A stretch of 64,000 bases of DNA from Alphaproteobacteria bacterium (GCA_963422645.2 CAXXVO010000008.1:1-64000), one strand, 5' to 3'; counted from the first letter of the stretch, positions 39,814 through 51,828 are shown. The notes: generated from the letters alone by a model not told the origin. Made by a program: numbers and translations.

Positions 39814-40998
39814 TCAGGCGACGACGCCGGCGTCGTGCAGCGCGGCGATCTCGCTGGCGGAAAGCCCGGCCTCGGCAAGCAGCTCGTCCGTTTGCTCGCC
39901 GAGCATGGGCGCGCCGCGGCGGATCGCGCTTGGCGTCGCCTCGAAGCGCGCCGCGGGCCTCGCCTGGCGTATCCTTCCCGCGACGGGATGGTCGGCTTCC
40001 ACCAGCGTGCCGGCGGCGGCGACCTGCGGGTGCTCGACCAGCGCACTCCGGGTCAGCACCGGGGCGCAGGGCACGCTTTCGGCCTCCAGCCGTTCCATCC
40101 ACTCGTCGGTGGTCCGGGTGCGCAGCACCTCCTGGGTGAGCGAGAGGCGGTCGTCGATATTCTCGTCGCGGAGCGCCGGCGTCCTGAAGCGCGCGTCCTG
40201 CAGCCATTCGGGTCGTTCGAGCGCACGGGTGAGGCCGATCCATTCGCGGTCGCTCATCACCGCGACGCTCATGTGGCCGTCCTTCGTCTCGTAGATGAGG
40301 TCGATGAAGCTCGCCGCCCGTTGCTCCGTCGGCGGCTGCTCGAGAAAGGTCTGGTCGCCCATGTCCGACGCCCACAGGAACGAAACGACGACATCGAGCA
40401 TGGAGAGGCGCACGTGCTGGCTCTCGCCCGTGCGTTCGCGCGCGAGGAGCGCGGCGGTAACGGCCTGCGCCGCAGTCACGCCTGTGAGCTTGTCGGGCAG
40501 GATCGTACGCACCAGGCGGGGGCGGGCATCGTCCGATCCACCCTGGACCGAGGCCAGGCCGGACGCGGCCTGAATGATCGGATCGTAGACGCGCTTGTGC
40601 GCGTAAGGCCCGGTCTCGCCGAAGCCGTTGATGGAGACGTAGACGATCTCGGGGCTGACGGCCCGAATGTCCGGCTCGGCGACCCCCAGCCGCTCGACCA
40701 CGCCCGGCCGGAAATTCTGGATGAAGACGTCGGCACTCTGGGCGAGCCGAAGCAGGGCGTCGCGCCCGCGCGGGTCCTTCAGGTTGACGGCGAGCGAGCG
40801 CTTGTTGCGGTTGACGTTCAGAAAGCCCGAGGCCAGCCCGTTGGAGCGGTTGCTGCCCGTGCGCGTGTGATCGCCCTGGCCAATGGTCTCCACCTTGATC
40901 ACCTCGGCGCCCTGGTCGCCCAGCATCATGGTGGCAAAGGGGCCTGAGACCATCGACGTGAGGTCGATGACGCGGTAGCCGTCGAGCGGTCCTGGCAC
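39814..40998 (-). CDS. CaiB/BaiF family III CoA-transferase
   Basis: GPFATMMLGDQGAEVIKVE, NRNKRS, NFRPG and YDPIIQA motifs. Confidence 0.92.
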   Translation of the reverse strand: MPGPLDGYRVIDLTSMVSGPFATMMLGDQGAEVIKVETIGQGDHTRTGSNRSNGLASGFLNVNRNKRSLAVNLKDPRGRDALLRLAQSADVFIQNFRPGVVERLGVAEPDIRAVSPEIVYVSINGFGETGPYAHKRVYDPIIQAASGLASVQGGSDDARPRLVRTILPDKLTGVTAAQAVTAALLARERTGESQHVRLSMLDVVVSFLWASDMGDQTFLEQPPTEQRAASFIDLIYETKDGHMSVAVMSDREWIGLTRALERPEWLQDARFRTPALRDENIDDRLSLTQEVLRTRTTDEWMERLEAESVPCAPVLTRSALVEHPQVAAAGTLVEADHPVAGRIRQARPAARFEATPSAIRRGAPMLGEQTDELLAEAGLSASEIAALHDAGVVA

Positions 40999-41058
40999 TG
41001 GTCTTCTCCTCGCTGGGCGGAACGGCGCGATGGCTTGCGGGGGGCGGCGGCGCCTGCT

Positions 41059-41436
41059 CTATCGGCCGGCCGGCGTGCGCTTCTTCAACTCGATGGGCTG
41101 GCCGTGGGGGGTGTGGATGGTCGCCTCGGTCCAGTCATCCTTGAGGCTGGCAAGCTCCGCCTCGGAACCGAGTCCCTTGTCGATCACGAGCTTCTCGAGC
41201 GCGTTCAGCCAGTGCTCGTAGTAACGATCGCCGAGATCGAGATCGCCTCTCTGCTTCGCCGCCGCGATCTCCGCTGACAGGTAGTCGACCCACTCCGACC
41301 AGGTGAACTTGCCGGCCTCCGAGAGGCGCACCGCCATGGCGAAGGCGGTCGCCTCCCACGGCTCCTTGAAGACCGGCCCGTCTTCGGCCTCCCAGGGAAG
41401 CTGCGGCAGGTCGTCAGCCGATTCCCCAGCGCTCAT
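41059..41436 (-). CDS. Nitrile hydratase accessory protein (P14K-like)
   Basis: PVFKEPWEATAFAMAV, FTWSEW and YYEHWLNALE motifs. Confidence 0.88.
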   Translation of the reverse strand: MSAGESADDLPQLPWEAEDGPVFKEPWEATAFAMAVRLSEAGKFTWSEWVDYLSAEIAAAKQRGDLDLGDRYYEHWLNALEKLVIDKGLGSEAELASLKDDWTEATIHTPHGQPIELKKRTPAGR

Positions 41437-41786
41437 GCGCGATCGATGTAGTCGTCGAAGAGGTCGATGTAGACGCAGGCGTTCGCGTTCGCGTGACCGC
41501 CCCAGAGCTCGCTCCCCTCGAAGCGCACGCTGTAGACATGCTGCGGGTTGCTGTGGGTGCCCGATTCGGCCGAGGTGTCCGGGAACGAGAAGACGCCGTG
41601 ATCGCGCACGATCCGTCCGGTCCTGCCGCGGATGTAGCGCGGCAGCCGGGTGTGGGACACAGGGTTGATGTCGCGGGCCTTGACCGTGTCGCCCACCTTG
41701 AAATTCGGTGCGACGTCCGCATCCATTCGGCATGAGGCGCCGCCGGCCACCAGGCCCGGGACCATGTCAGGCGTGAGCGTTGGCAT
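41433..41786 (-). CDS. nthB: Nitrile hydratase beta subunit, C-terminal (SH3-like) part
   Basis: FKVGDTV, HTRLPRYIRG and YSVRF..ELWG motifs. ATG overlaps the upstream TGA; GGAGG RBS. Confidence 0.85.
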   Translation of the reverse strand: MPTLTPDMVPGLVAGGASCRMDADVAPNFKVGDTVKARDINPVSHTRLPRYIRGRTGRIVRDHGVFSFPDTSAESGTHSNPQHVYSVRFEGSELWGGHANANACVYIDLFDDYIDRA

Positions 41787-42100
41787 CACGATCCTCCCTC
41801 TTCGCGAAGGCTCGCGATCTTCGTCTCGATCTCGTCCTTGGTCAGAATGCCCCGCTCCACCAGCACGGTCTCGTAGACGTGCAGCCAGTGCTCGTAATAC
41901 GAGGTCTCCAGATACTCGGCCGGGCCCATCCGCTCGATGGCGTGGCGGAACATGTCCACGTTGAAGTGGCCCTCGGCGAAGTTGGTGAAGAACATGCCGA
42001 AGACCCGGCCCTCCCACTCCTCGTGGAACTGGGGCTCGTTTTCCTCGCGCTCGATCGGGCCCATGCACTGCATGCCGCCCATGTCGTGGATTCCGTTCAT
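41786..42100 (-). CDS. nthB: Nitrile hydratase beta subunit, N-terminal part
   Basis: MNGIHDMGG, FHEEWE, RHAIERM and YLETSYYEHW motifs. Confidence 0.88.
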   Translation of the reverse strand: MNGIHDMGGMQCMGPIEREENEPQFHEEWEGRVFGMFFTNFAEGHFNVDMFRHAIERMGPAEYLETSYYEHWLHVYETVLVERGILTKDEIETKIASLREEGGS

Positions 42101-42123
42101 CGCTGTGCTCCTTCAGGAACCGG

Positions 42124-42732
42124 CTAGTCAGCCGGCGCTTCAGCCAGCGCCGTGCCGATCATCGAGTCGCGGGTCACCAGTGCCGCGAGCTGGTCCTCGC
42201 CCATGCCCTCGGTGCCTGCGGGCCTTTGCGGCAGCACCAGGTAGCGGAGCTCGGCGTTGCTGTCCCACACCCGCACCTCGATGTCGTCGGAGAGCTCGAC
42301 GCCGAATTCGTTGAGCACGCCACGCGGATCGATGACCGAGCGGGCGCGGAAGGGTGCGCTCTTGTACCAGATCGGCGGCAGCCCCAGCGTCGGCCACGGG
42401 TAGCAGGAGCAGAGCGTGCAGGTGACCAGGTTATGCACCTCGTCGGTGTTCTCGACGACCACCATGTCCTCGCCCTGTACGCCGCTGAAGCCGAGCTCGG
42501 CGATGGCCTTCGTGCCGTGCTCGAGCAGCCTCCGCTTGTAGTCCGGGTCAGTCCACGCGCGCGCCACCACCTGGGCGCCGTTGCGCGGCCCGACGCGGGT
42601 CTCGTAGATCTCCACCAAGGCGTCGATGGCGGCCGGGTCAAGCAGGCCCTTCTCGGAGAGGAGCGTCTCCAAAGCCTTGACCCTCATCGCCGTCTCGGAT
42701 GGCGGAGCGTTATGGGCGTGATCGTGTGCCAT
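42124..42732 (-). CDS. nthA: Cobalt-type nitrile hydratase alpha subunit
   Basis: CTLCSCY metal-binding motif; ARAWTDP and [10 protein letters not shown] motifs. Confidence 0.95.
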   Translation of the reverse strand: MAHDHAHNAPPSETAMRVKALETLLSEKGLLDPAAIDALVEIYETRVGPRNGAQVVARAWTDPDYKRRLLEHGTKAIAELGFSGVQGEDMVVVENTDEVHNLVTCTLCSCYPWPTLGLPPIWYKSAPFRARSVIDPRGVLNEFGVELSDDIEVRVWDSNAELRYLVLPQRPAGTEGMGEDQLAALVTRDSMIGTALAEAPAD

Positions 42733-42848
42733 GGCAGAACATTCCCCCTTATCAGCCCTGCCACGATGGTATCCGCAGGCCGTGGGCCGTTCAACGGACA
42801 TCGTGTCGGCGCGATCGGTGGGCGCCGACGGCGACCGGTTCGCCGTCC

Positions 42849-43538
42849 TTAACTCTCCGGTGAATCGGGGTCGGGCTGCTGGCCGTAGGTCTTCAACATC
42901 TCCAGCACCTCGCCCATCTTGCGCTGTGAGATGATCTTCGGGTCATTGCCAGTGGCAGCACCGATGGCCAGCGTGCGGCAATAGAGCTCCGCCAGATACT
43001 CGACCTCGATGTGCAGGTTGACGCAGTCATCCGGTGTCTCACCCAGGACGATCGCACCGTGATTCTGCAACAGACAGGCGCGTCGATCCTTGAGCGCCTC
43101 GACGGCGACGTCGGAGAGTGCCTGGGTCGTGGGCGTGCGGTAGGGCGCGCAGCGGATGGTTGTACCGCCTGCGGTTCCTACCATGTAGTGAACAGCCGGA
43201 ATCTCCATCCCGTGCACGGCGAGCGCGGTGCAATGAACCGAATGACTGTGGAGGATCGCGTTCACATCTGGCCGCGAGGCGAGGATATCGCGATGGAAGC
43301 GCCATTCGCTGGTGGGGATTCGCGTGCCCCACTGGCGGCCGCCGAAATCCATCTCAACGATGTCGGCGGGTGTCATCGTGTCGTAATCGAGGCCGGAGGG
43401 AGTAACCAGGAAGCGCTCGCCCACCCGGAATCCGATGTTGCCCACGGTCCCGTGATTGAGGCCAACTGCGTCGGTCCTGTGGGCGGCGTCGATGATCGCG
43501 CGCCGCGCTTTCAAATGCGTCAGTCTCTTGCGGGGCAT
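42849..43538 (-). CDS. Class II aldolase/adducin family (FucA-like)
   Basis: GNI, TPSG, SEWRFH, HSH and LLQNHG motifs. Confidence 0.88.
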   Translation of the reverse strand: MPRKRLTHLKARRAIIDAAHRTDAVGLNHGTVGNIGFRVGERFLVTPSGLDYDTMTPADIVEMDFGGRQWGTRIPTSEWRFHRDILASRPDVNAILHSHSVHCTALAVHGMEIPAVHYMVGTAGGTTIRCAPYRTPTTQALSDVAVEALKDRRACLLQNHGAIVLGETPDDCVNLHIEVEYLAELYCRTLAIGAATGNDPKIISQRKMGEVLEMLKTYGQQPDPDSPES

Positions 43539-43581
43539 GGCAGCGGTAACCATGGACGACAGGAGAGGCTCGCGCCTCGCC

Positions 43582-44229
43582 TCACTCCTGAAGAGCGGCG
43601 ACAATGGCCGCCGAGATGGCATCGATGCCGCCCGAGCCGTCGACCCGGGCGATACGCCCGCCGGCCTCGTAGTGCGGGATGATCGGCTCCGTCTGCTCGT
43701 GGTAGGCGGCGAGCCGCGCGGTCATGGTCTCGCGATTATCGTCAGCCCGGCGCGTGAAGTTCTTGCTGCCGCACTGGTCGCAGACGCCCTCGGTGCTCGG
43801 CCGGTTGAAGTGGTCGTGGTAGCCGGCGCCGCAGTCGGCACAGGAGAAGCGGCCGACGATGCGCTGGATCAGCGCCTCCTCGTCGACCTCGATGGCAACC
43901 ACTCTGTCGAGCGCGAGCCCGCGCTCCGCCAGCATGGCGTCCAGCGCGTCGGCCTGCGCCACAGTGCGCGGGAAGCCGTCGAGGATGAAGCCATTGGCGC
44001 AGTCGGGTTGCTCGATCCGTTCCGCAATCAGCGCCACCATGAGGTCGTCCGGCACCAGCTCGCCGGCTTCCATGATCGTCTTGGCCTGGGTACCGAGCGC
44101 GGTACCGGCCTTCACGGCCGCCCGCAGCATGTCGCCGGTGGAGATCTGGACAATGTCGAAGCGCTCGACCAGTCGCTGCGCCTGCGTGCCCTTGCCCGCC
44201 CCCGGTGGGCCGAGAAGGATCAGGTTCAA
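43582..44229 (-). CDS. adk: Adenylate kinase
   Basis: [17 protein letters not shown] and Zn-lid Cys motifs. TTG start. Confidence 0.96.
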   Translation of the reverse strand: MNLILLGPPGAGKGTQAQRLVERFDIVQISTGDMLRAAVKAGTALGTQAKTIMEAGELVPDDLMVALIAERIEQPDCANGFILDGFPRTVAQADALDAMLAERGLALDRVVAIEVDEEALIQRIVGRFSCADCGAGYHDHFNRPSTEGVCDQCGSKNFTRRADDNRETMTARLAAYHEQTEPIIPHYEAGGRIARVDGSGGIDAISAAIVAALQE

Positions 44230-45569
44230 CGTCGGCTCCCTCGCAGCTTCGCCTTCTTGATCAGCCCCTCGTACTGATGCGCGAGGAGGTGGGACTGGAT
44301 CTGCCCGACGGTGTCCATGGTGACGGTGACGACGATGAGCAGACTCGTGCCGCCGAAGTAGAACGGCACCGCGTACTGGGAGATCAGGAGCTCGGGCAGG
44401 AGGCTCACCGAAGTGAGATAGAGCGCGCCCCAGAAGGTCAGCCGGGTCAGCACGTAGTCGAGGTATTCGGCGGTGTTCTTGCCTGGACGGACTCCGGGTA
44501 TGAAACCGCCGTTTTTCTTCAAATTGTCGGCTGTGTCCTCGGGATTGAACACGACCGAGGTGTAGAAGAACGTGAAAAAGATGATCGCCACGGCATAGAT
44601 GATCATGTAGATCGGCTGGCCGCGACCGAGATAGCTGGTGACCGCGGTCAGCCACTCGGGCCCGGTGCCCGCGTTGATGCTGAGCGCGGTGATCGGCAGC
44701 AGCAGGATCGAGCTTGCGAAGATCGGCGGGATCACGCCAGCGGTGTTGACCTTCAACGGCAGATGCGTGCTCTCGCCGCCGAACATCCGCCGCCCCACCT
44801 GTCGTTTGGGGTATTGGACGACGATGCGCCGCTGCGCCCGCTCGATGAAGACGATGAAGCCGATGACGGCGACCGCCATGACGAAGAGCGCGATAAGCAC
44901 GACCGCAGAGATTGCGCCGGTGCGGCCGAGCTCCAGCGTGCTCGCGAGCGCGCCTGGCAGCTCCGCCACAATGCCGGCGAAGATAATCAGCGATATGCCG
45001 TTGCCGACCCCTCTGGCGGTGATCTGCTCGCCCAGCCACATCAGGAAGATGGTGCCGCCAGTTAGTGTCACCACCGTGGTCAAGCGGAAGAAGCCACCGG
45101 GATCCAGTACCAGATCACCGCTCTGGCCGGTGTAGCCCTCAAGGCCCGAAGAGATGCCGAAGGCCTGCAACGCGGCGAGAAAGACGGTGCCGTAACGGGT
45201 GTACTGATTGATCTTCTTGCGCCCGGCCTCGCCTTCCTTCTTGAGCTGGGCGAGGTGCGGCGAGACCGTCGTCATCAGCTGGATGATGATGGCGGCCGAG
45301 ATGTACGGCATGATGTTGAGCGCAAAGATGGTCATGCGCCCGAGCGCGCCACCGGCGAACATGTTGAACATGCCGAGGATGCCGCCGGCCTGCTGCTGGA
45401 ACACCTCGTCGAGCACCACCGGGTCGATGCCCGGGATCGGGATGTAGGTGCCCAACCTATAGATGATCAGGGCGCCGAGCGTGAAGAGCAGGCGCTTCTG
45501 TAGCTCCTTCGCCTTGGCGAAGGCCCCGAAGTTGAGGTTCGCAGCGAGTTGTTCGGCTGCCGAAGCCAC
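44226..45569 (-). CDS. secY: Preprotein translocase SecY
   Basis: [16 protein letters not shown] and GGTSLLI motifs. Confidence 0.97.
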   Translation of the reverse strand: MASAAEQLAANLNFGAFAKAKELQKRLLFTLGALIIYRLGTYIPIPGIDPVVLDEVFQQQAGGILGMFNMFAGGALGRMTIFALNIMPYISAAIIIQLMTTVSPHLAQLKKEGEAGRKKINQYTRYGTVFLAALQAFGISSGLEGYTGQSGDLVLDPGGFFRLTTVVTLTGGTIFLMWLGEQITARGVGNGISLIIFAGIVAELPGALASTLELGRTGAISAVVLIALFVMAVAVIGFIVFIERAQRRIVVQYPKRQVGRRMFGGESTHLPLKVNTAGVIPPIFASSILLLPITALSINAGTGPEWLTAVTSYLGRGQPIYMIIYAVAIIFFTFFYTSVVFNPEDTADNLKKNGGFIPGVRPGKNTAEYLDYVLTRLTFWGALYLTSVSLLPELLISQYAVPFYFGGTSLLIVVTVTMDTVGQIQSHLLAHQYEGLIKKAKLRGSRR

Positions 45570-45574
45570 GTCCG

Positions 45575-46078
45575 TTAGGTGTCCTTAGCCGTTTCCTCGG
45601 CCGCTTTTTCGGCCTTCGCCGCGCCGCTGAGGATCACCGAGCCGCCGGCCGCTTCAACTGCAGCGATGGCTGCCTTCGATGCGCCGGTGACCTCGACGGT
45701 GACGGCGCTTTCGATCCGGCCCTTGGCGAGCAGCCGCACGCCGTGCCGCCCGCGCCTGAGCCCGGCCGCGGCCAGCGCGGCCTCGGTCACGGGCGCGCCC
45801 GCGTCGATCCGCCCCTGCTCGATCGCCTCCTGCAGGCGCCCGATGTTGACGGCCTCGAAGGTCTTGCGGAAGCGGGCGTTGGTGAAACCCCGCTTGGGCA
45901 GACGCCGATAGAGCGGCATCTGGCCGCCCTCGAAGCCCTTGAGGGCGACGCCGGCCCGCGATTTCTGGCCCTTGTGGCCACGGCCCGAGGTCTTGCCGCG
46001 GCCTGAGCCGATGCCACGCCCGAGCCTGCGCCCCTTCTTGGACGAGCCGTCGCGGTCAGCGAGTTCGTTCAGTCTCAT
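45575..46078 (-). CDS. rplO: 50S ribosomal protein L15
   Basis: GRGIGSG and FEGGQMPL motifs. Confidence 0.96.
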   Translation of the reverse strand: MRLNELADRDGSSKKGRRLGRGIGSGRGKTSGRGHKGQKSRAGVALKGFEGGQMPLYRRLPKRGFTNARFRKTFEAVNIGRLQEAIEQGRIDAGAPVTEAALAAAGLRRGRHGVRLLAKGRIESAVTVEVTGASKAAIAAVEAAGGSVILSGAAKAEKAAEETAKDT

Positions 46079-46299
46079 CACTCAGCCTCCGCGTCCACCG
46101 GCTCGGCCCGCACGAGGTGCGAAATCTTGTCGATCATGCCGCGCACCGCGGGCGTGTCCTCGAGCACACGGCTCCGGTGCATCTTATTCAGGCCGAGGCC
46201 CACCAGGGTGGCGCGCTGCTTCGCCGGCCGGCCGATGGGGCTGCCGGTCTGCGTCACCCGCACCCTGGGCGTCGTGGCGGCCTTCTTGCTCCCTACCAT
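46078..46299 (-). CDS. rpmD: 50S ribosomal protein L30
   Basis: [16 protein letters not shown] motif. Confidence 0.95.
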   Translation of the reverse strand: MVGSKKAATTPRVRVTQTGSPIGRPAKQRATLVGLGLNKMHRSRVLEDTPAVRGMIDKISHLVRAEPVDAEAE

Positions 46300-46302
46300 G
46301 GC

Positions 46303-46881
46303 CTACGCCTGCTCCTTCTGCTCCTTAGCGGAGTCGTCCTGGCCCAAGATCTGGCTCACCGTGCGGTTGCGCTTGGCGGCCACGGCACGCGGCGAATGGC
46401 AGCGACCGAGCGCATCGAAGGTCGCCTTGACCATGTTCTGCGGGTTCGAACTGCCCACCGACTTGGCGACCACGTCCTTCACGCCGAGCATCTCGAACAC
46501 GGCGCGCATCGGCCCGCCCGCGATGATGCCAGTGCCTGGCGGCGCTGCGCGGATAATCACCTTGCCCGCACCGAAGCGACCTTGGACATCGTGATGCAGC
46601 GTGCGTCCCTCGCGTAGCGGCACGCGGACCATGCGCCGCCTGGCCTGCTCGGTGGCCTTGCGGATGGCCTCCGGCACCTCCCGCGCCTTGCCGGAGCCGC
46701 CGCCAACGCGCCCGCGCTGGTCGCCGACAACGACGAGCGCCGAGAAGCCGAAGCGCCGACCGCCCTTCACCACCTTGGCGACGCGGTTGATGCTGACAAG
46801 CTTGTCCTGGAACTCGGGCTCTTCGCGATCCCGCCCGCGGCCGCCGCGATCCCGATCCCGACTCATGGATGGTCGTGCCAT
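46303..46881 (-). CDS. rpsE: 30S ribosomal protein S5
   Basis: [12 protein letters not shown] motif. Confidence 0.97.
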   Translation of the reverse strand: MARPSMSRDRDRGGRGRDREEPEFQDKLVSINRVAKVVKGGRRFGFSALVVVGDQRGRVGGGSGKAREVPEAIRKATEQARRRMVRVPLREGRTLHHDVQGRFGAGKVIIRAAPPGTGIIAGGPMRAVFEMLGVKDVVAKSVGSSNPQNMVKATFDALGRCHSPRAVAAKRNRTVSQILGQDDSAKEQKEQA

Positions 46882-46895
46882 TCCGGGCCCTTCCC

Positions 46896-47246
46896 CTAGA
46901 AAGAGAGGCCGCTTTCGCGGGCCGCCTCGGCGAGCGCCTTCACACGCCCGTGATACTGATATCCGCCACGGTCGAAGACGACCTCCTTGTGGCCGGCCGC
47001 GAGCGCACGCTCTGCGATGAGTGCGCCGACACGGCCGGCGGCCGCGCGGTCGGCTCCGCCTTCGCTCCTCAGCACGCCCTCCACCGTCGATGCGGCAACC
47101 ACGGTCCTGCCCTCTTCATCGTCGATGAGTTGGGCATAAATGTGGCGGTTGGAGCGGAAGACCGAAAGCCGGGGCCTGCCGCCTGCGACGGTGCGCAGTT
47201 TGAACCGCACCCGCTGCTTGCGCTTATCGTATTCGCTTCTGCTCAT
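46896..47246 (-). CDS. rplR: 50S ribosomal protein L18
   Basis: RPRLSVFRS and FDRGGY.YHGRV motifs. Confidence 0.97.
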   Translation of the reverse strand: MSRSEYDKRKQRVRFKLRTVAGGRPRLSVFRSNRHIYAQLIDDEEGRTVVAASTVEGVLRSEGGADRAAAGRVGALIAERALAAGHKEVVFDRGGYQYHGRVKALAEAARESGLSF

Positions 47247-47248
47247 CG

Positions 47249-47782
47249 CTACTTCTTCTTGCCCTCCTTGCGCCGGACGTACTCACCGACATAGCGGATG
47301 CCCTTGCCCTTGTAGGGCTCGGGCTTGCGGAAGGCACGTATCTCGGCGGCGGCCTGGCCGACCGCCTGGCGGTCAGCACCGACGACCCTGATCGCCGTCG
47401 GCCGCTCGCACGTGATCTCGATGCCGTCGGGAATCGGGTAGCGGACCCGGTGGCTGTAGCCGAGATCGAGCGTGAGCGTCTTGCCCTCGACCGCGGCGCG
47501 GTAGCCCACGCCCTCGATCTGCAGATCCTTGTGGAAGCCCTGGCTCACGCCCACGACCATGTTGTTGATGATGCTCCGGGTGAGCCCCCACAACTGACGC
47601 GAGCGCTTGTCGCCCCCGCGCGGCGTGACCGAGACCTGGCCGTTGCCGAACTCGGCGATCACCTCGGACGTGATGGTGGCCTCGAGGCGGCCCAGCTTGC
47701 CGCTCACAGCGACCGCCGCGCCGTCGATCGTCACCTCGACGCCATCGGGTACGGGGACCGGGTTTCTGCCGACGCGTGACAT
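47249..47782 (-). CDS. rplF: 50S ribosomal protein L6
   Basis: MSRVG and PEPYKGKG motifs. Confidence 0.97.
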   Translation of the reverse strand: MSRVGRNPVPVPDGVEVTIDGAAVAVSGKLGRLEATITSEVIAEFGNGQVSVTPRGGDKRSRQLWGLTRSIINNMVVGVSQGFHKDLQIEGVGYRAAVEGKTLTLDLGYSHRVRYPIPDGIEITCERPTAIRVVGADRQAVGQAAAEIRAFRKPEPYKGKGIRYVGEYVRRKEGKKK

Positions 47783-47783
47783 C

Positions 47784-48179
47784 TCAGAACACCCGGCAGA
47801 GCACTTCGCCGCCGACCTTCTGCTGGCGCGCCTCGTTGTCCGAGAGCACGCCCCGCGGCGTCGACAAAATGGAGATCCCGAGCCCGTCGTAGTAGCGGGG
47901 CAGGTCCTTGATGCCCGAATAGACCCGCCGTCCCGGCTTCGACACACGATGGAGCTCGGCGATCACGGGCCGGCCTTCCTGGTACTTGAGCTCGATCGAG
48001 AACGCGGGCTTGCCGGTGTCCGATTCCGCCGACGAGTAGCCGCGGATATAGCCCTCGCGCTTCAGCACGTCGAGCACGGAACTGCGCAGCTTGGACGCCG
48101 GTGACAGGACCGCGGACTTTCGCGCCCGCTGCCCGTTCCGGATACGGGTCAGCATGTCCGCCAGGGGGTCAGTCATCAT
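47784..48179 (-). CDS. rpsH: 30S ribosomal protein S8
   Basis: [12 protein letters not shown] and SKPGRRVY motifs. Confidence 0.97.
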   Translation of the reverse strand: MMTDPLADMLTRIRNGQRARKSAVLSPASKLRSSVLDVLKREGYIRGYSSAESDTGKPAFSIELKYQEGRPVIAELHRVSKPGRRVYSGIKDLPRYYDGLGISILSTPRGVLSDNEARQQKVGGEVLCRVF

Positions 48180-48189
48180 GGCTTGCGCC

Positions 48190-48495
48190 TCACCAGCTCG
48201 ATTTGACCATGCCGGGTATCTGGCCCGCCGAGGCGAGCTCCCGGAGTGCGATGCGCGAGAGCCCGAACTTGCGGTAATTGCCGCGTGACCGGCCGGTCAG
48301 CCCGCAGCGGTTGCGCACCCGCACCGGCGCGCCGTTACGCGGCATCTCCGCGAGCTTGAGCTGCGCCGCAAAGCGCTCCTCCGGCGGGAGCTCGCGGTCC
48401 CGCACGATGGCACGCAGGTCCGCCCGCTTGGCCGCGTCACGCTTCGCCATCCGCTGGCGCCGCTTGTTCTTCTCGATCGTGCTCTTCTTCGCCAT
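48190..48495 (-). CDS. rpsN: 30S ribosomal protein S14 (long form)
   Basis: RNRCGLTGR and IPGMVKSSW motifs. Confidence 0.97.
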   Translation of the reverse strand: MAKKSTIEKNKRRQRMAKRDAAKRADLRAIVRDRELPPEERFAAQLKLAEMPRNGAPVRVRNRCGLTGRSRGNYRKFGLSRIALRELASAGQIPGMVKSSW

Positions 48496-48518
48496 CTCTC
48501 AACCCGGCCCCTCTGCCC

Positions 48519-49115
48519 TCACTGGCCGACGAACGGCATCTGAAAGGCAGCGAGCAGCGCCCGGCCTTCGTCATCGGTCCTTGCCGTCGTGCAAATGACG
48601 ACGTTCAATCCGCGCACCTGATCGACCTTGTCGTAGTCGATTTCGGGGAAGATGATCTGCTCTTTGAGGCCCAACGCGTAGTTGCCTCGGCCGTCGAAGG
48701 CGCGCCCGGAAAGCCCGCGAAAGTCGCGCACTCGCGGCAGCGCAATCGTGACCAGCCGGTCGAGGAACTCGTACATTCGCTCGCGCCGGAGCGTGGTCTT
48801 GCAGCCGACCTGCATGCCGGTGCGCACCTTGAACGCGGCGATGGACTTGCGCGCCCTGGTGACGATCGGCTTCTGGCCGGCGATCAGCGTCATGTCCTGA
48901 ACCGCGGCATTGATCTTCTTGTTGTCCGAGGCCCCTTCGCCGACACCCATGTTGATCACGATCTTGTCCAGCTTCGGCGCCTGCATGATGTTGGCGTAGC
49001 CGAACTGCTGCATGAGATTGGGCCTGATCTCGCTCTCGTAGAGCAGCCGGAGCCGGCTCTGGCCGTTGGCCTCGCCGTTGGGCTGGCCGCCGTCTCGGCC
49101 GTTCGCTTCAGACAT
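48519..49115 (-). CDS. rplE: 50S ribosomal protein L5
   Basis: KIVINMGVG and LPRVRDFRG motifs. Confidence 0.97.
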   Translation of the reverse strand: MSEANGRDGGQPNGEANGQSRLRLLYESEIRPNLMQQFGYANIMQAPKLDKIVINMGVGEGASDNKKINAAVQDMTLIAGQKPIVTRARKSIAAFKVRTGMQVGCKTTLRRERMYEFLDRLVTIALPRVRDFRGLSGRAFDGRGNYALGLKEQIIFPEIDYDKVDQVRGLNVVICTTARTDDEGRALLAAFQMPFVGQ

Positions 49116-49431
49116 CGATCACTTCCCCCGAGCGGGCGGCGGCGCGCACCTTGCGCCCGCCCTCGAGATACTTGTAGCGCACTCGGGTCGGCCGATCGCT
49201 CTCGGGATCGATCAGCGCCACGTTCGAGATATGGATCGGCGCCTCGCGCTCGACAATGCCGCCCTGCGGGTCGGCCTGAGTCGGCTTGACGTGGCGCTTG
49301 GTCATGTTGACTCCCTCGACGAGCACGCGGTCGGTCTTGGTGATGATCCGAAGCACGGCGCCGCGCTTTCCCTTGTCTCGTCCGGTGAGGACGATGACCT
49401 CGTCATCCTTGCGTATCTTTCGCTTGCGCAT
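49108..49431 (-). CDS. rplX: 50S ribosomal protein L24
   Basis: GRDKGKRG and EAPIHISNV motifs. Confidence 0.97.
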   Translation of the reverse strand: MRKRKIRKDDEVIVLTGRDKGKRGAVLRIITKTDRVLVEGVNMTKRHVKPTQADPQGGIVEREAPIHISNVALIDPESDRPTRVRYKYLEGGRKVRAAARSGEVIDV

Positions 49432-49437
49432 GGCGGC

Positions 49438-49806
49438 CTACAGCACTTCGGGCGCGAGTGAGATGATCTTCATGTACTGACGCTGACGGAGCTCACGGGT
49501 CACCGGCCCGAAGATGCGGGTCCCGATCGGCTCCCCCTGGGCGGTGATGAGCACGGCCGCATTGCGGTCGAAGCGGATCGCGCTGCCGTCTGGGCGCCTG
49601 ATTTCCTTGGCGGTGCGCACGATGACGGCGCGGTGGAGCTCGCCCTTGCGCACCTTGCCGCGCGGGATCGCCTCCTTGACCGTGACGACGATGGTGTCGC
49701 CCACCGAGGCGGTCCTGCGCTTCGAACCACCGAGCACCTTCACGCACTGCACGCGCCGCGCACCGGAATTGTCGGCGACGTCCAGATTCGTCTGCATCTG
49801 AATCAT
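49438..49806 (-). CDS. rplN: 50S ribosomal protein L14
   Basis: VADNSGA and GTRIFGPV motifs. Confidence 0.97.
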   Translation of the reverse strand: MIQMQTNLDVADNSGARRVQCVKVLGGSKRRTASVGDTIVVTVKEAIPRGKVRKGELHRAVIVRTAKEIRRPDGSAIRFDRNAAVLITAQGEPIGTRIFGPVTRELRQRQYMKIISLAPEVL

Positions 49807-49839
49807 GGCTTCCGACCCTTCCGCCGCCTAACGCGGCCC

Positions 49840-50088
49840 TCAGCCCTGCTCGGCGCTAGCATCGTCGAGCACGATCCAGCGCTTGCGCTTTGATATGGGG
49901 GCGCACTCGCGAATCTGTACGATGTCGCCGACCTTGCGACTGTTGCCGTCGTCATGCGCCGTGTAGCGCTTCGAGCGGCGTACGACCTTCTTGTAGAGCG
50001 GGTGCATGACGCGGCGGTCGACGCGGACGACGACGGTCTTGTCCGCCTTGTCGCCGACCACGGTTCCCCGCATTACACGGCGCGGCAT
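49840..50088 (-). CDS. rpsQ: 30S ribosomal protein S17
   Basis: DKTVVV, HPLYKK and PISKRK motifs. Confidence 0.97.
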   Translation of the reverse strand: MPRRVMRGTVVGDKADKTVVVRVDRRVMHPLYKKVVRRSKRYTAHDDGNSRKVGDIVQIRECAPISKRKRWIVLDDASAEQG

Positions 50089-50119
50089 GCGAGCTCTCCT
50101 TCACCCATCTCCCAAATCC

Positions 50120-50326
50120 TCAGGCTTCGCCGCCGGCAGCGCGCATGCGCTCGGCAACGATCGTCTTGATGCGGGCCACGTCGCGCCTGACGGCGCGCAT
50201 GCGCGCGGTGTTCTCGAGCTGGCCGGAGGCCCGCTGGAAGCGCAGGTTGAACGCCTCCTTCTTCAACGCGAGCAGCATCGACTTGAGCTCGTCATCGGTC
50301 TTGAGGCGGACTTCGACGCCGTTCAT
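50120..50326 (-). CDS. rpmC: 50S ribosomal protein L29
   Basis: [20 protein letters not shown] motif. Confidence 0.96.
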   Translation of the reverse strand: MNGVEVRLKTDDELKSMLLALKKEAFNLRFQRASGQLENTARMRAVRRDVARIKTIVAERMRAAGGEA

Positions 50327-50748
50327 CAGGACGCCCCTTCGCCGAGCCGGGTCACCACCCTGGTCTGCACCCTGAACTTCGCGGACGCGCGGCGGAACGC
50401 CTCTTCCGCTACCGCGCGCGGCACGCCGTCCACCTCGAACATGATGCGCCCGGGCTTCACCCTGGCGACCCAGAATTCCGGCGAGCCCTTGCCCTTGCCC
50501 ATGCGCACCTCGGCGGGCTTGGTCGAGACAGGCACGTCCGGAAAGACGCGGATCCAGATCTTGCCAGCACGCTTCATGTGCCGCGTGATGGTGCGGCGGC
50601 CGGCCTCGATCTCGCGCGCGGTGATGCGGCCGGGCGTGATGGCCTTGAGCCCGTAGGCGCCGAAATTGAGCTGCGTGCCACCCTTGGCCTTGCCGTGGAT
50701 GCGGCCCTTGTGGGCCTTGCGGTACTTGGTGGCTTTCGGCTGCTGCAT
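50326..50748 (-). CDS. rplP: 50S ribosomal protein L16
   Basis: [12 protein letters not shown] motif. Confidence 0.97.
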   Translation of the reverse strand: MQQPKATKYRKAHKGRIHGKAKGGTQLNFGAYGLKAITPGRITAREIEAGRRTITRHMKRAGKIWIRVFPDVPVSTKPAEVRMGKGKGSPEFWVARVKPGRIMFEVDGVPRAVAEEAFRRASAKFRVQTRVVTRLGEGAS

Positions 50749-50768
50749 GATCCGGTCCCCGTCCGGCC

Positions 50769-51446
50769 CTAGCGGGGCGAGGCCTGCTCCATGGCGCGCT
50801 TGTCCTGCGCCATGGGGTCGTGCGCCATGATCTCGCCCTTGAAGACCCAGACCTTGACACCGCAGGTACCGTAGGCCGTGCGCGCCGTGGCAAGCCCGAA
50901 GTCCACATCGGCCCGGAGCGTGTGGAGCGGGACCCGGCCCTCGCGATACCACTCGGTCCGCGCGATCTCCGCCCCGCCGAGCCGGCCGCCGCAGTTGATG
51001 CGGATGCCCTGCGCGCCGAGCCTGATCGCGGACTGCACCGCCCGCTTCATGGCCCGGCGGAACGCCACCCGGCGCACCAGCTGCTGGGCGATGTTCTCGG
51101 CAACCAGCTTGGCCTCGATCTCGGGCTTGCGGATCTCGACGATGTTCAGGTGGACGTCGCTCCCCGTCATCTTGGTGATGTCGGTGCGCAGCCGCTCGAT
51201 GTCCGTGCCCTTCTTGCCGATCACGACGCCAGGTCTCGCGGTATGGATGGTGATGCGCGCCTTCTTGGCGGGCCGCTCGATGACGACGCGCCCGATCCCC
51301 GCCTGATTCAGCCGCTTGAACAAGAAACTGCGGATCTGCAGGTCCTCGTGCAGCAGCTGGGCATAATTGTCGTCGGCGTACCACCGCGAATCCCAGGTGC
51401 GGTTGATGCCGAGACGCAGCCCGACGGGATTGACCTTCTGACCCAT
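50769..51446 (-). CDS. rpsC: 30S ribosomal protein S3
   Basis: MGQKVNP and [10 protein letters not shown] motifs. Confidence 0.97.
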   Translation of the reverse strand: MGQKVNPVGLRLGINRTWDSRWYADDNYAQLLHEDLQIRSFLFKRLNQAGIGRVVIERPAKKARITIHTARPGVVIGKKGTDIERLRTDITKMTGSDVHLNIVEIRKPEIEAKLVAENIAQQLVRRVAFRRAMKRAVQSAIRLGAQGIRINCGGRLGGAEIARTEWYREGRVPLHTLRADVDFGLATARTAYGTCGVKVWVFKGEIMAHDPMAQDKRAMEQASPR

Positions 51447-51826
51447 CAGGCCCCCTTGGCGCGTTCGCGCACAACGATGGTGAGATGGCTGAACGGCTTA
51501 ATCACGCGCCCGACCCGGCCGCGTGCACGCGGCCGCCAGCGCTTCATCACCAAGCCCTTGCCGACCGTCGCTTCCGCAACGACGAGCCGGTCCACATCCA
51601 GCTCGTGATTGTTCTCGGCATTCGCGATCGCCGACTGCAGGCACTTGCGCACGTCGCCGGCGATGCGGCGGCGCGAATGAGCCAGCGTGATCAGCGCCTG
51701 GTCCACCGGGCGCCCACGAATGGTGGCAGCAACCAGGCCGAGCTTCCGCGGGCTGATCCGCAGATTCCGGATCTTGGCCTGGGCCTCGGTCTCGCCGAGT
51801 TGCCGGGGACGCGACATCTTGCCCAT
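51446..51826 (-). CDS. rplV: 50S ribosomal protein L22
   Basis: [13 protein letters not shown] and RPRARGR motifs. Confidence 0.97.
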   Translation of the reverse strand: MGKMSRPRQLGETEAQAKIRNLRISPRKLGLVAATIRGRPVDQALITLAHSRRRIAGDVRKCLQSAIANAENNHELDVDRLVVAEATVGKGLVMKRWRPRARGRVGRVIKPFSHLTIVVRERAKGA

Positions 51827-51828
51827 GA

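Noticed and set aside
49060-49115. Short EANG duplication at the L5 N-terminus (and the acidic tail of L3)
   Set aside because: Low-complexity terminal extensions are common in ribosomal proteins; nothing suggests a function.
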